DNA of 46,580 bases, filler included, from Jimgerdemannia flammicorona (GCA_003990765.1; 2 parts of 2 records of this genome joined end to end with filler, not necessarily neighbours in it), one strand, 5' to 3'; positions 1 to 12,276 are shown, counted from the first letter of the whole stretch. The notes: generated from the letters alone by a model not told the origin. Program-made: numbers and translations.

Positions 1-999
1 CAACTATTTAGAAATAAATAACTAAGCAGTCATATACCCAATTAGTCAGTTTGTTTGGAGTACTTGTTAAGTGCAAATTTCCCTTTACATATATATTTCC
101 TAAGTTCCTTAGTAATAAACTCTATATTACTCTAGTATTTTAACTAAACTCTAGAATCTAGCTAACTTTGACTAGAACTAAGAGCTGGTATATATATAAA
201 TCTAAAAAAAAAACCCTCTTCTAAATCTGAATTATAAGAGATTTAGTCTATGCATAATAAGAATCAGTTTCTTATAACTATGGTTATCAAAAGAGAGCAA
301 TACCTCAATTCTATTATAAAGAAATAGAACTTTTTCAAATTTTAATAAAAATCACTAAGTGAAAGAATAATTGAAAGTCTTCATAATATATATATGTAAA
401 GTTCCTAAGTAATACCTAATTACCCAAGTTATCTAAAGATACAAGAGAGATTGAAATATTAACTTTACTATATATATTTTATTTATAAGAAATATTGAAG
501 ATTTTTTATTATCTTTGTAATACTAGAATTTTATACATAAGTACTAAAATAATATATTTATAATTTAAAACCCAATTATTCTTCTCTATAGAGGTAATAA
601 AAAGATTATATTTTTTAGATATTTTTTATATAAGAATAGAGTCTATAACTATTCTCAAATTATTATAATCATTTCTAATTAGAATATTAATCTTATTAAC
701 AAGATACTATATGTTGATATAATTATAAATTTCTATATTATTGTTTTTATACAATAGAGTTAATTAAATATATTATTATATAGATGATATTTTCTAAGTA
801 TATTCTCTACATTATTTGTTGTCTTAATATTTATTATAATTTATACTTAAAAATTTGATATATAAAAATAATCTCTATAATTACTATATTATCTTTGTTA
901 CTACTATAATTTTAAATTTTTATTATATACTTCAGATACTACTTTAGACTATTTTTTAAAAAATATTTATAATATCAATTATTTATACTTTATTGCTAT

Positions 1000-2252
1000 T
1001 GTAACGTACTTGGCTCAATGGAGGCAAATTACAAAGTTGGGGGTTGATGTAGTTTGGCTTGAGCCCCCAGGTACTTTGTTAAAAGCAACAAAATGTTCTT
1101 GGTGTTTAGCAGTATAATAGTCAAGATCTGGATACTGTGTGAGCGGTTTCCTTTTTGGGACAGGTTCTTGGGTGTAGCGGCGATTTGTGTATGTGAACGG
1201 GTTTCCTTCTTGGGTCAACAGGGAATGCCACAATTTTTGTATAGCGAGGCAATCTCCAAAAGTATGTGATTTCTGGCATGACGATCTCTTGTATAGCGCG
1301 ACGATCTTGGTGCGACGATCTCTATGTAGCATGACTGGGTTCCTTATGCATGTCGGTCTGGCAATTTAGCAGTTTTTCCTTCTTGGGTGATGGCGATCTC
1401 TACATGACGATCTCCGTGTAGTGTGACGATTTCAAAAGTATACGATTTCTGGCAGATAACTCGATAACTCAGGCTCACTGGGAACAAACAACACGGATGT
1501 CATGAATTGGGCTCTTACTTGGGTGGCACGGATTCTTCCTGAATCGGTGGCTTCAACTGGGATTAACTCGGATGGCGAGAGTTCTTCCGAATCCGGCTCT
1601 TCTGGGAATACGGCGAATAACTTGTAAACAGCGGACGACGTGGATTCTTCCTGAATCGGCGGACTTCTTGGAAACAGTGGCTTATTCCTTAAGCGGCGGA
1701 TTACTCGAAAGGTGGCGAAGTTCTTCACTCGAACTTAGGCAGCAAATCTTCAGGCTTATCTGGCAAGCGAACCAACAATGGCAGCTATTTCTTAGCGGCG
1801 GACTTTTCTTCAGGCTTATCTGGCAAGCGAACCAAAAACGAACTCATTACTTGTATCAGAAAGTGGACCAGAGTGGGGAAATAAGCTCACAATCTCCTAG
1901 CAGTGGCTATAGAGTTCCTCTTGAAGTGTGGTAGGCAGACTTGTCTTTTGCTTCAATTTCGGACTGAGGTTTATTCACTCTTGTCTCTGGGGTAATTTAT
2001 ACATTGTGGTTGCTATCTGGTTGGGATCTGGCTAACTATAGATTTGCTATTTATGGTGTATTTTGGGTGGACAGCTACTGTCCAGCAGACAGCCACTGTC
2101 TGGGGGACAGCCACTATTCACATTATTCTCTTCTTTGGCTATCTGGTTATTTATACATTTTTTGCAGTAATGGTTGCTGGTTACTATGCTATGCTAATGT
2201 TCACATCACCTGGTCAGGTTTTGAGATTGCTACATTTTTGTGGTTTGTCACA
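1000..2252 (-). repeat. 3' LTR of A1
   Basis: Collinear with 11012-12276; TG...CA ends; purine-rich AGTGGAGGCTGA immediately upstream on minus (PPT-like, ~2253-2264). Confidence 0.95.
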
Positions 2253-2291
2253 TCAGCCTCCACTGAAGGATAGTCTGGCCCAGACTGTTCT

Positions 2292-2795
2292 TCAGTCATC
2301 ATCTCAATAAGCATAAGCTGCTTCTGCATCTATACCTGTTCCATCATCTTCATTGTCTGTATCAGGGTTGCTCTATTCTAGCTCTGGATCTTCTTGTTCT
2401 TTGGAAAACAGGATGTCTACTTGCTGAAGAATACTCTGAAAGGTGGTCTCATTCATCTGATGAATATCGTTAAGGTAGAAGTGAGACTGCACCAGGGCTC
2501 CAACATTTCATTTGTACAAGGTATAGATTCTTTTGACAGTTCTTGCTTCTCGGTGGATTATGCCAGCTAGTCCTCCAATATATGGCTGTTCTTGAAGTAG
2601 TTGTCCAATATTGTAGAAGGCCTATAGATGGTGGATCTGTAACAATCTTTGGGCAATGGCAAGGTTCTCCTGATACTTCTGGATCAATTGTATTGGGGTT
2701 CCTTCAAGTTGGTGGAACTGGGGTAAGGGAACTGGTAGAGCCTGGAAAGAGCTGAGGACCAATTTCTGGAGGTGCTGATCAATCCTTTGGCTCAT
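2292..2795 (-). pseudogene. Accessory ORF3 of family A (167 codons, unknown function, acidic tail)
   Basis: ATG overlaps the integrase TGA (ATGA). Reads MSQRIDQHLQKLVLSSFQALPVPLP...AFYNIGQLLQE...KRIYTLYK...DNEDDGTGIDAEAAYAY*DDD* with internal transition-type stops; in-frame homolog at 43883-44395. Confidence 0.8.
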
Positions 2796-3568
2796 AGTGT
2801 AGAGGGGAGATATAGTTTGAGATGATTGATGTATACTGGTGTTCTCAGGGTTCATCCATCCATGCTTCTTAAATAGATGCTGGTTCCTCTGATATTGTGT
2901 ACAAGATAAGGTCCTTCCCATTTGGGTTCCAGTTTGGCAGCAAAATTCATTTCAATCATGCTTCTCCAAACTAGTACTTGATCTCCAATCTTGATCTCCT
3001 GATCCTTCTGCTTCAGGTCATAATACTTCTTTTGTCTTTCTAGGGCTTTGATAATCTGACCTCAGGCTTGATTATGTAACTGTTCTGCCTTCTTGAGGAG
3101 GTCTCTGAGATTCTCATGGTCAGCAGTTCTAGTCTTCTTGGCAAATATCATTTCGAATGGTTTCTGTCTGGTAGAGGTAGCAGGTGTATTCTGAATTTCC
3201 CATAGGATCTCAGGTAAACAGAGGTCCCAATTGGTAGGATTGACTTGGGTTAGTCCTTTCTTGATGGTCTGGTTCATTCTTTCTGTCATGCCATTAGTCT
3301 GAGGGTGGTATGATGTGGTTCATTTGAGGTGGATCTTGTAAATTCTGGCATAACTTGTGATTATGTTATTGATGAATTCTGTGTCTCAGTCAGAGATAAG
3401 TTCTTCTGGGGGTCCATATCTGAGTGTGAGTCCATGGAGAAGGCCTACAATGGTTAAGGCATCTGTGATTTCCATTGGGAAAGCCTCAGGCCACTTGGTC
3501 AGATGTTCCACAAATACAAGGATATATTTGTTTCTTCTTGATATAACTGGTAGAGGTCCAATTACATC

Positions 3569-4755
3569 AATGCCCCTTTCTCTGCTACCTTACCAGTCAT
3601 AAGGTTTGGTAGGCAACATTCCAAGTCCCCTTTCCCCTATTATTACCCCCTCTACCTCGGGTTGGTTTGTTGTGCCTGCATGGGCATGGAGGGAGGAGGG
3701 CAATGGTGATGAGTTGCCCCTTTATCGGTATCAGATTGATGTCTTCTCCACTTTTTTGTAGTTTCTGGTGCCTTCGGCTGTATCTGGAGTGTAATCATTT
3801 TGGTGCAGCGCCTTCTCCTCTTTGCTGTCACCAACATGGTACTGTCTCAGTATATCACAGGTTATGTAGGGAGTCGGCTGACCTTGGGCATCAAGTGCTC
3901 AGTGTAGGTTACCTGCAGGTTCTCGGTGCCTGTGGTGGGGCCCTCTGGCTTTGGCGAGCTTCCTGGTGAGTATGGTTCTGGCATAGGTAACTGTTTTTTG
4001 GGTGTTGTTGGGATGGGAGGGGAGATGGCCATCACAGATAGGAGGATGGTTGATTACAGTAAACCAGTAGGGTGCCAGGCTGGGGGCGGTCATCAGGACT
4101 GGGGTGGACAATATTTCAGTGGGGCCTTTCGATTGGCTGGTGGGGAGTGGAGTGGTGCAGGGGCCGGCATCCTGGCTGTACCCAACTGGAACCAGGAGCT
4201 GATGCAGTAATGCAATCAAGGCCTGCAGGCTTGGAGAGTAGGGTCTTCCTCATTTGGCAGTACCCAACTGGAACTGGGAGCTGACACAGCAACGTGATTG
4301 AGGCCCGCAGGCTCAGGGAGTGAGAGTGGGGTCTTTTCAGGCCCTAGTCCATATGTAAGTCCTTTGAGGAAGGTGCTGTATATAAGTCCTTTACTCACTT
4401 GCTTTGAATCTACTTTGCTCTCTATTGGTTGGTTGGGGGGTTTTTTCATTGCCTTGGGCTTTTATTTGAGGTTTAGGGGGCTATTCTTTATTCAGTCCTG
4501 ACACTGCTAGATCCAATGTATAGGTGTGCTCTCACATGTAAATGATGATCCAGCCCTGGTGAGCAGACAAGTCTAGTCTATGTCATAGGGGTCAACATTG
4601 CTAGTGTTCGACAGACATAGCTGGAGCAGTGGGACTGCTGGACAATTTAGTAGTCTAGGTTAATGAGGGGATATTGTTCAGTGGGTGGTGGGGGAGGGTT
4701 TTAGCCTATATAGTCTAGGTTCCCTTCCAATAAAAATCCGTGGGACTATGAGTCC

Positions 4756-4794
<39 letters not shown>
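3569..4794 (+). mobile_element. 5'-truncated non-LTR (LINE-like) retro-insertion into the A1 integrase
   Basis: ~36-nt poly(A) at 4759-4794; AATAAA at 4729-4734; 17-bp TSD AGAGGTCCAATTACATC at 3552-3568 and 4794-4810; G-rich body with only a weak resemblance to a LINE ORF2 C-terminus. Confidence 0.85.
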
Positions 4795-4798
<4 letters not shown>

Positions 4799-6922
4799 TC
4801 CAATTACATCTATTCCCCATCTCTGAAGAATGTTGTCTGGTGGTGCAATTGGTTGCAGTGGTGCTTGATAGTTCTTTCTTCCTTGGTACTTCTGGCAGAT
4901 ATCACATTTCTTGAGTATGTCCTGGACTTGTGTTCTAAGGTTGGGCCAATGCTGGTGTGTTGTTTGCAGCTTCTCTTCTACATTTGCCTGTCCTTGGTGG
5001 GTTTCTGATGTTCTTTTCGGATGAGATCTTCTTGTGCCCTGATGGTCTGGGGAGCTTCTTTTAGGGTGTAGTTTCTTGAGACACCCTTCTTCTGATTCAT
5101 TGGGGCTGGTAGGAAAGGACATCAACATTGTTGTGAGCTTTCCCTGCTTTGTGGATGATGGTGATTTTGTAATCCTGAAGGATAAGGATCCAGTGGGCTA
5201 GGATTCCAGTGGGTTCCTTGCAGTTGAATAACCATTTGAGGGCTGTATAGTCCATGATCAGGATGAACCTTTTTCCAATAAGGTAATGCTTGAACAAGGT
5301 GACCACCCATATGACTGCAAGGCATTCCAGTTTGGTACTACTATAGTTCATCTGCTGCTGATTGGTAGCTCTGCTTACATAAGCTATTACATGGTATTGT
5401 TGATCAGGTCCTTTGTGGGCTAGAACTGCTCTGAGGCCATCTTTAGAAGTATCTGTATACAAGATGAATGACTTCTGTAGATTGAGGTACACAAGAATTG
5501 GTGCTGTAGTCATGCAGTTCTTGAGTTCTTTAAAGGCTTTTTCTTGTGACTCTGTCCATTGGAATGGCACTCCTTTCTTGAGAAGGATTCGGATTGGGGC
5601 AGCAATTTTGGCAAAGTTCTTGATAAACCTTCTGTAGTAGGATACTAGCATCAGGAATGATAATGTTTCCTTTGGGGTCTTGGGTACCGGCCAATTGTTG
5701 ATCTTCTTGGTTTTCTTTAGATCTGCATGGGTTTCTTATTTTGAAACTATGAATCCAAGAAATTCAAGTTTCTGTTTTCCAAAGTAGCATTTCTTTGCAT
5801 TTAGTCTCAAGTGGTTTTTGCAGGTGAGCCTGAAGAATTCCTCCAGATGGTACAGGTGTTCTTTGAAATTTGCTGAATAGATGTTGGAATTGTCCATGTA
5901 TACAATTAGGCAGTAGTGGATCAGGGGAGAATAGACTGAATTCATCATCCTCTGGAAGGTGGGGGGTGCATTACAAAGTCCAAAGGGCATTCAGAGGTAC
6001 TCAAACAGTTTTCCTAGAGCAAGGAAGGCTGTCTTTTGAATGTCCTTGAGGTCCATGGGGATTTCATGGAATCCAGTGAAGAGGTCCATACTGCTGAAGT
6101 ATCTGGCATCTTGTAACTGATCCAAAAGGTCATCAATTCTGGACAAAGGATAGGCATCCTTTTTGGTGACTAAATTGAGTTTCCTGTAATCCACACAGAG
6201 TCTCCATCCTCCTTTCTTTGGTACAATAAGTATAGGGCTGGCCCAGGGGCTAGTAGAGGGTTGGATGACTCCATTGTCTAAAAGTTCCTAGATGTGCTCC
6301 TTTTTGAATGTTTTTAAGTGATGGGATATTCTATAGGGTTTCTGCCAGATGGGTGTTGCATTTCCTGTATTTATGCTGTGGTGATATAATGGATTGTATG
6401 GTAGATTGCCATAATCGGTGGTGAAGATATCCTAATATTAGTTGAGAAGTTCTACTAGTTGTTGCTGTTGTTGAGATGTCAATTCTTCTCCAATATTGAT
6501 GGAAGGCTTCACTGTCTCCTGGGTCGCAGAGGGGCCTTTCCTTTCTTCTGGGACCTTTTGCCATTTCCCAATAGGTTTAGTTCATAAACTTCCCTATGAG
6601 TTCGGTTGAGAAAAGGCACCAGATGTCCTATGACGGTTCCTTTTGGCAAGATGATGGTTTCCCAACTTTGGTTGGTTGCTCGGGAGTGTACTGGATTCAT
6701 CTTGTCAGGAAATGTGTGTCCCTCTATATTCAGGTGTGGGATATCTTCCTTGGGTTCAAAGAAAACGTTTCTGGGGTCAGGTGGTGCAAAGATTTCGAAT
6801 GTGGTTTGTTCTCCAGGTTCCAGGATGAGGTTCTTGTACAGTCTGACTGGTTGGTGGTATACCTGCTGAGGAACATTCTTCTTGAGATGGTTGACTTGAA
6901 GGAGATGTACTTCCTTCTTATT

Positions 6923-7324
6923 TGAGCTTCCAAATCCTTTGGCTTGTCTTGTTCCTTCAGTCAGTTTGGACACTTCTTGTAATTGTGGGGTTCTGACCTT
7001 CATGAAGACTGCTTGGGCAATCTTCTGTCCTCTAATGATTCAGTGCCATTCTGCACTGCTATTGTGTAGGATAACCTTGATTTTGCCTATATATCCTGGG
7101 TCAATGTTTCCTCCTTCTATAGTTATTCCTTGTCTGGCAAGTCCAGACCTTGAGATCAGTTGGATGTAGGTTCCTTGAGGTGGCTGCATGGCTAGTCCAG
7201 TTCTGATCATAAACATTTTTCCAGGCTTGATGGATTCCTCCTCCAGACTATGAAGTTCATACCCTACATCCTCTAGGTGGGCTTTGGTTGGGGGTCTGGC
7301 CTTGGGATGCAGCAGGGCATACTG
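6923..7324 (-). pseudogene. Trimeric dUTPase domain in the A1 polyprotein
   Basis: All five motifs: DVGYEL, SRSGLA, GNIDPGYIG, KIAQ, RQAKGFGSS; one internal TGA. Confidence 0.93.
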
Positions 7325-10300
7325 GGCAATGTCCTTGCTGAGTTCTGGCTTCTCTAAGGCTGAGGCTCCACTAGCAGAGAGTCTCCAAGCTCTAAGGTTA
7401 AGGTGTGGCCATCTAGCTCCAGTAGAGGGGCCTCAGAGATAGTTGATTCCTCTTTTTCCTATAGGGTCTAGGGCTTTCATGAAGTTGGTGATATCTTCTG
7501 CCCATCCTTGGCAGGTTGCATGTCTGATGAGAGCTAGAATGTCTTCTCTCAAATCATAGATCTTGAGGATTCTTCTTCCTGGCTTCTTGGTCTGACTTTT
7601 TCGGATCTGGCTTCTGTTGTCTCCTCTCTTCAAAGTATGGATTGCAACATCATGACTGAGGTGAATCTTCTGATATCTGCAGTCTTGGCAGTCAGGGTGT
7701 CTCCTATGGTTGCAATATCCCATTGGTCGAAAATGATATTCCTGGCTATTTATCTCTTGTTGTCTAGAGAATTGGTATCCATCTTGATCATAAGTTGGAG
7801 GAAGAGTGGACAAGGGTATATTTCTATTCAGGTGAAGAAGCCTTGTTCTCTAAATTGACTCTGCAACTTGGTGGTAACTTCTTAGATGGTGGTTGACTGT
7901 GCAAGTATATTCGGGGTTCTGGTCTTTGGAGTCTCTGTCTTTCTTGCTGGTCTAGTAGATGGCACTGGTAATAGTAGTCTCGGGGAGAGTGGAAGACCAT
8001 TTGGTGTGGACATCTTCCTAGCCAAAAAGCCTTTTCTTGATGAGTTTCTTTTTTGGAGATAATGGTGATTGTGCTGGGTCCTTCTTCTATATTCCAAGGG
8101 TCATCATCTTCAGGTGGTGTCCAGTGAGGCTCATCCCAGGGAATTAGTTCGGGAACCTCCTCTTCTTCAGGTACTTCTTGTTCAGGAACTTCCTGGTCAG
8201 AAGCTTCCTCTTCCTCAGACAATTCTTGATCCCAAATTGCTTGTACTTCCACAGCTTTAGTTGCAGGTGTTTCTGGAACATGTCTGCATTTCTTCTTCTT
8301 CTTTCTGCACTCTGGGCAGGCTGTTCTGAGCGATTTTCTTGTTCCCATAATCTTGGAGGAATACATCTGGACACTTGTGTCTATTGAGGCAGGTAGGGCA
8401 TCTTTTGATTTCTCCTGCAATAGCTCCAATGGTGATAGGGATGGTGTTCTTAGCCCACACATTGTCTTCAGGTCTGTCATCCACCAGGTTAATTCGGGGA
8501 TTAAGTCTGGGATCATTTCTATTTTTGGATTCTTCCTCTTCTTCTGTAGTAGATTCTTCACTGCTGACATATTCTTCCTAAATAGTGACCTTCTTCTTCT
8601 TCTTTGATTGCTCATAGCTGATCACCTTAACTCTATACTTCTTGTCTCGATAGTCAAACTTGAGTACTTATTGGCTGATGTCAACAACTGCATTCATTTC
8701 CTTCATCCAGTTGGTGTCAAGGATCATATCATAGGTGACAGCTTTGGTGACAACAGCTTTGAAAATAGAAAACTGAATGTGTCCCAGGGAAATGGTGATA
8801 TTTTGTACTTCTCCAAGGGGTTGAGTTCAGGCTCCATCTGCTACTATGATGCTGAGGTTAGATGGTCCATCAATGGACCATTGGAGGGTGACCAGGAATC
8901 ATTTGGCAATGACACAGACAGCTGCTCCTGTGTCTATGAGGATTTTCGCCTTTTGTCCTCCAATATCTCCATATAGGTAGGTGCTGACATATCTTTCAGC
9001 TACTTGGACAGGGATGGAAACTGGTTCCTGCTGTAGGATTGGAACTTGGCCAGTGCTAGACCTAGTAGTTCTCAGTAGTTTGTTTTAGACTCCAGCTGGT
9101 GTCAGTTGCAGGAACTGTAGAAGAGGGACTTCTATTTAGCTTCTTGGATCCTCTGTCAGGCTTCATTGTAGATGTCTCCAGGCATGGTCTTTGGGGAGTA
9201 CTTTTTCTTGGGCTTTGGGACAATAAGTTTCTGTTCTTCTGGTTCCATTTCTTCATCTTCTGGTGGCAACTCATTTGTCTTGGGGACAAAAGGTGAGGGG
9301 GTTCAGGAGGGTATTTCTACCTGCTCCTCCTTGTACTCTTCATCTTCTTCTTGGATGATTCTTCTGCTGATATTTCTGGATGGTCTTCCTACAGGTCTCT
9401 TCCTTTTCTCTGCTGGATAGACTGTTTTCCAAGTAGTAATCTTGGTGGGGTACAAGTCTAGGTCACTGTAGTCTTCACTGTTGCTTGCTTCCTCAAAATC
9501 TTCAACTGGATGAGCTTTGGTCTTTTTGTACTGAGTGTCATTCCTTTGGTTTGATGATTCTGGGTCTCTTCAGTCACTCCTCTTATTGTCACATTCAGTG
9601 GCATAATGTTCAAATTGTCTACAGTGGAAGCATTGGACCTGGGCTCTGTCTCAGACAGAGTACCTTCTTTCTTCTTGCTGGTAATTCCTATTATCTCTTG
9701 ATAAATAACCTTGGCTCCTCTGTGGTAGGTATCCTCTGTTATCTCGGTAGCTCTGATTTTCACATATGGTGAGTTTTTCAATCTGTCCAATCAGTTGATC
9801 CAACTTGGAGCTAAGGTCTTGAATTTTGCTTCTGTCCTTCTTTCCTTCTTTGGTTGGCCTTCTTTCTTTGGATCTTTCTTGTCCTTAAAGGAGTCCTTGT
9901 AGGGCTTTGATCAGGATGTCTTCTTTATCTTCTTTCTTGTCATAATTACTCTAGGTAGTTCCTTGTCTGATATCTAAGAATCCTTGGACTACATCTACTT
10001 GCTCTTCAAACCTTCTGATGGACATGCTGGACAATGTTTGGGGGAATTCCATTCATGAAAGTCATTGGACCAATGATGTCCTGGTTGGTGACATTGAACC
10101 CAGTGGTATACATCCTCTTCTGGATTCTTATGAAGAAGGCTCTGGGCGATTCTCTAAGATTCATCTTCATCCCCATAATGGATTCTTGGGTCTTGTGGCA
10201 GGTTTCATTTCCTGCATACTTTTCAATGAGCCAGTGGACCATGGCCACATATTCTAGCTCATAAGACATTGCTGCTTGTATCTGTCTTACCAGTTCTAAA

Positions 10301-10990
10301 TTTGGGTTATTTGCTGTTCCGTAAAAAATTCCTCTGGCTGGTTCTCTGAGCTGAGCCTTGTAGATGGCAATTTTTCTTTCATCTGAGAGATTCCTCAGGG
10401 CTGTGATTCCTTCAATTCCATTAAGGAATTCTCTGGGGTCTTCTTCTGGATATCCTGCAAAGGTTGGCAAGGAGGTGGCCATTTCATCATCACTTTCTTC
10501 AGATTTTGGTTCCAGTTCGAATTCTGATTCTGATTCACTTTCTGAGCTGTCACTGGAGATGGAGATGCTTGGATATCCTGAGGATGGTGTTCTGGACCTT
10601 AGATGAGGTGGAATAAGCCTAGGTATTATTGTTGGGGCTACTTCCAACTCTGCAAGGAGTTGTGGTAAAGGCTCTATTGGTGAGATTGATGGGACTGGTA
10701 TTGGGTGTCTGGCTGTAAGGTCTCAGGTTCATGTGATAAGATCTTCTAGTTCTTGTGCAAGTTCTTCATATTGTCTGGTTGGTCTGGTTGGGGATTTCGA
10801 GCTATACTGCCTTCTGGTTGGGATCCTTCTGATGCTGGGTAGTTGGCAAGTCTTGATGTGATTACTTCTCTTCCTGTCCAAATGCTGGTGATAACTGGTT
10901 CTCCTGTAGTAGCAGAGATTGGTGTTGTGTCAAATGTATCCAGTTTGACTGTGGGTTCTTGTGACTAAAAAGTCATGGCAATTTTGAATT

Positions 10991-11009
10991 ATTCCCAGTT
11001 GAGCCCCCA
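10991..11009 (-). promoter_or_regulatory. Primer-binding site of A1, tRNA-Pro-like
   Basis: TGGGGGCTCAACTGGGAAT 2 nt after the 5' LTR; resembles the MLV tRNA-Pro PBS (TGGGGGCTCGTCCGGGAT). Confidence 0.75.
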
Positions 11010-11011
11010 AA

Positions 11012-12276
11012 TGTAACATACCTGGCTCAATGGAGGCAAATTACAAGGTTGGGGGTTGATGTAGTTTGGCTTGAGCCCCCAGTTACTTTGTTAAAAGCAA
11101 CAAAATGTTCTTGGTATTTAGCAGTATAATAGTTAAGATCTGGATACTGTGCGAGCAGTTTCCTTTTTGGGACAGGTTCTTGGGTGTAGCGGCGATTTGT
11201 GTATGTGAACAGGTTTCCTTCTTGGGTCAATAGAGAATGCCACAATTTTTGTGTAGCGAGGCAATCTCCAAAAGTATGCGATTTCTGGCGTGATGATCTC
11301 TTGTATAGCATAATGATCTTGGTGCGACGATCTCTGTGTAGCGCGACTGGGTTCCTTATGCGTGACGGTCTGGCAATTTAGCGGTTTTTCCTTCTTGGGT
11401 GACAGCGATCTCTGCATGACGATCTCCGTGTAGCATGACGATTTCAAAAGTATACAATTTCTGGTGGATAACTCGATAACTCAGGCTCACTGAGAACAAA
11501 CAACTCAGATGTTGCGAATTGGGCTCTTTTGGGAATAATACTTGGGTGGCGTGGATTCTTCCTGAATCGGCAGCTTCAACTGGGAATTAACTCAGATGGC
11601 GAGAGTTCTTCCAAATCGGGCTCTTCTGGGAATACGACGAATAACTTGGAAATGGCGGACGACATGGATTCTTCCTGAATCGGCAGACTTCTTGGAAATG
11701 GCAGCTTATTCCTTAAGCAGCGGATTACTCAAAAGGTGGTGAAGTTCTTCACTCGAACTTAGACAGCAAATCTTCAGGCTTATCTGGCAAGCGAACCAAC
11801 AATGGCAGCTATTTCTTAGTGGCAGACTTTTCTTCAGGCTTATCTGGCAAGCGAACGAAAAACAAACTCATTCTTTGTATCGGAAAGTGGACTGGAGTGG
11901 AGAAATAAGCTCACAATCTCCTAGCAGTGGCTGTAGAGTTCCTCTCGAAGTGTGGTAGGCAGACTTGTCTTTTGCTTCAATTTCAGACTAAGGTTTATTC
12001 ACTCTTGTCTCTAGGGTAATTTATACATTGTGGTTGCTATCTGGTTGCTATCTGGCTAACTATAGATTTGCTATTTATGGTGTGTTTTGGGTGGACAGCT
12101 ACTGTCCGGTGGACAGTCACTGTCTGGGGGACAGCCACTGTTCACATTATTCTCTTCTTTGGCTATCTGGTTATTTATACATTTTTCGCAGTAATGGTTG
12201 CTGGTTACTATGCTATGCTAATGTTCACATCACCTGGTCAGGTTTTGAGATTGCTATGTTTTCATGATTTGTCACA
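11012..12276 (-). repeat. 5' LTR of A1
   Basis: Collinear with 1000-2252; followed on minus by the PBS. Confidence 0.95.

Larger units (their letters stand above)
2792..10976 (-). pseudogene. gag-pol polyprotein of A1 (disrupted)
   Basis: Gag LPTFAGYPEEDPREFL; knuckle CFHCRQFEHYATEC (~9590-9630); protease ILIDTGAAVCV (~8910-8945); RT VDYRKLN, MPFGLCNAP, YMDN; RNase H LYTDTS, YSSTKLECLAV; integrase WGIDVIGPL, TERMNQTIK, GPY-type tail. Confidence 0.95.
1000..12276 (-). mobile_element. Ty3/Gypsy LTR retrotransposon, family A copy 1 (full length, inactivated)
   Basis: Two ~1.25-kb direct repeats with TGTAAC...GTCACA ends; 4-bp TSD CTAT at 996-999 and 12277-12280; minus-strand order gag-PR-(Cys-rich)-dUTPase-RT-RH-IN; many CGA/CAG/TGG-derived stops. 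Confidence 0.97.

Noticed and set aside
1..999. AT-rich flank as a gene or named element
   Set aside because: No ORF or recognisable motif; probably fully decayed repeat
1015..2310. ORFs in the family-A LTR (e.g. 1015..1332, 1432..1728, 2004..2273)
   Set aside because: Short, overlapping on both strands, not preserved in the A2 LTR, no motifs; unlike the B-LTR gene
2292..2795. ORF3 as an env gene
   Set aside because: Too short; no signal peptide, furin site or transmembrane segment
4179..4335. ~82-bp tandem duplication in the non-LTR insert
   Set aside because: Real but two copies only, with no recognisable ribozyme or tRNA structure; treated as a 3' UTR duplication
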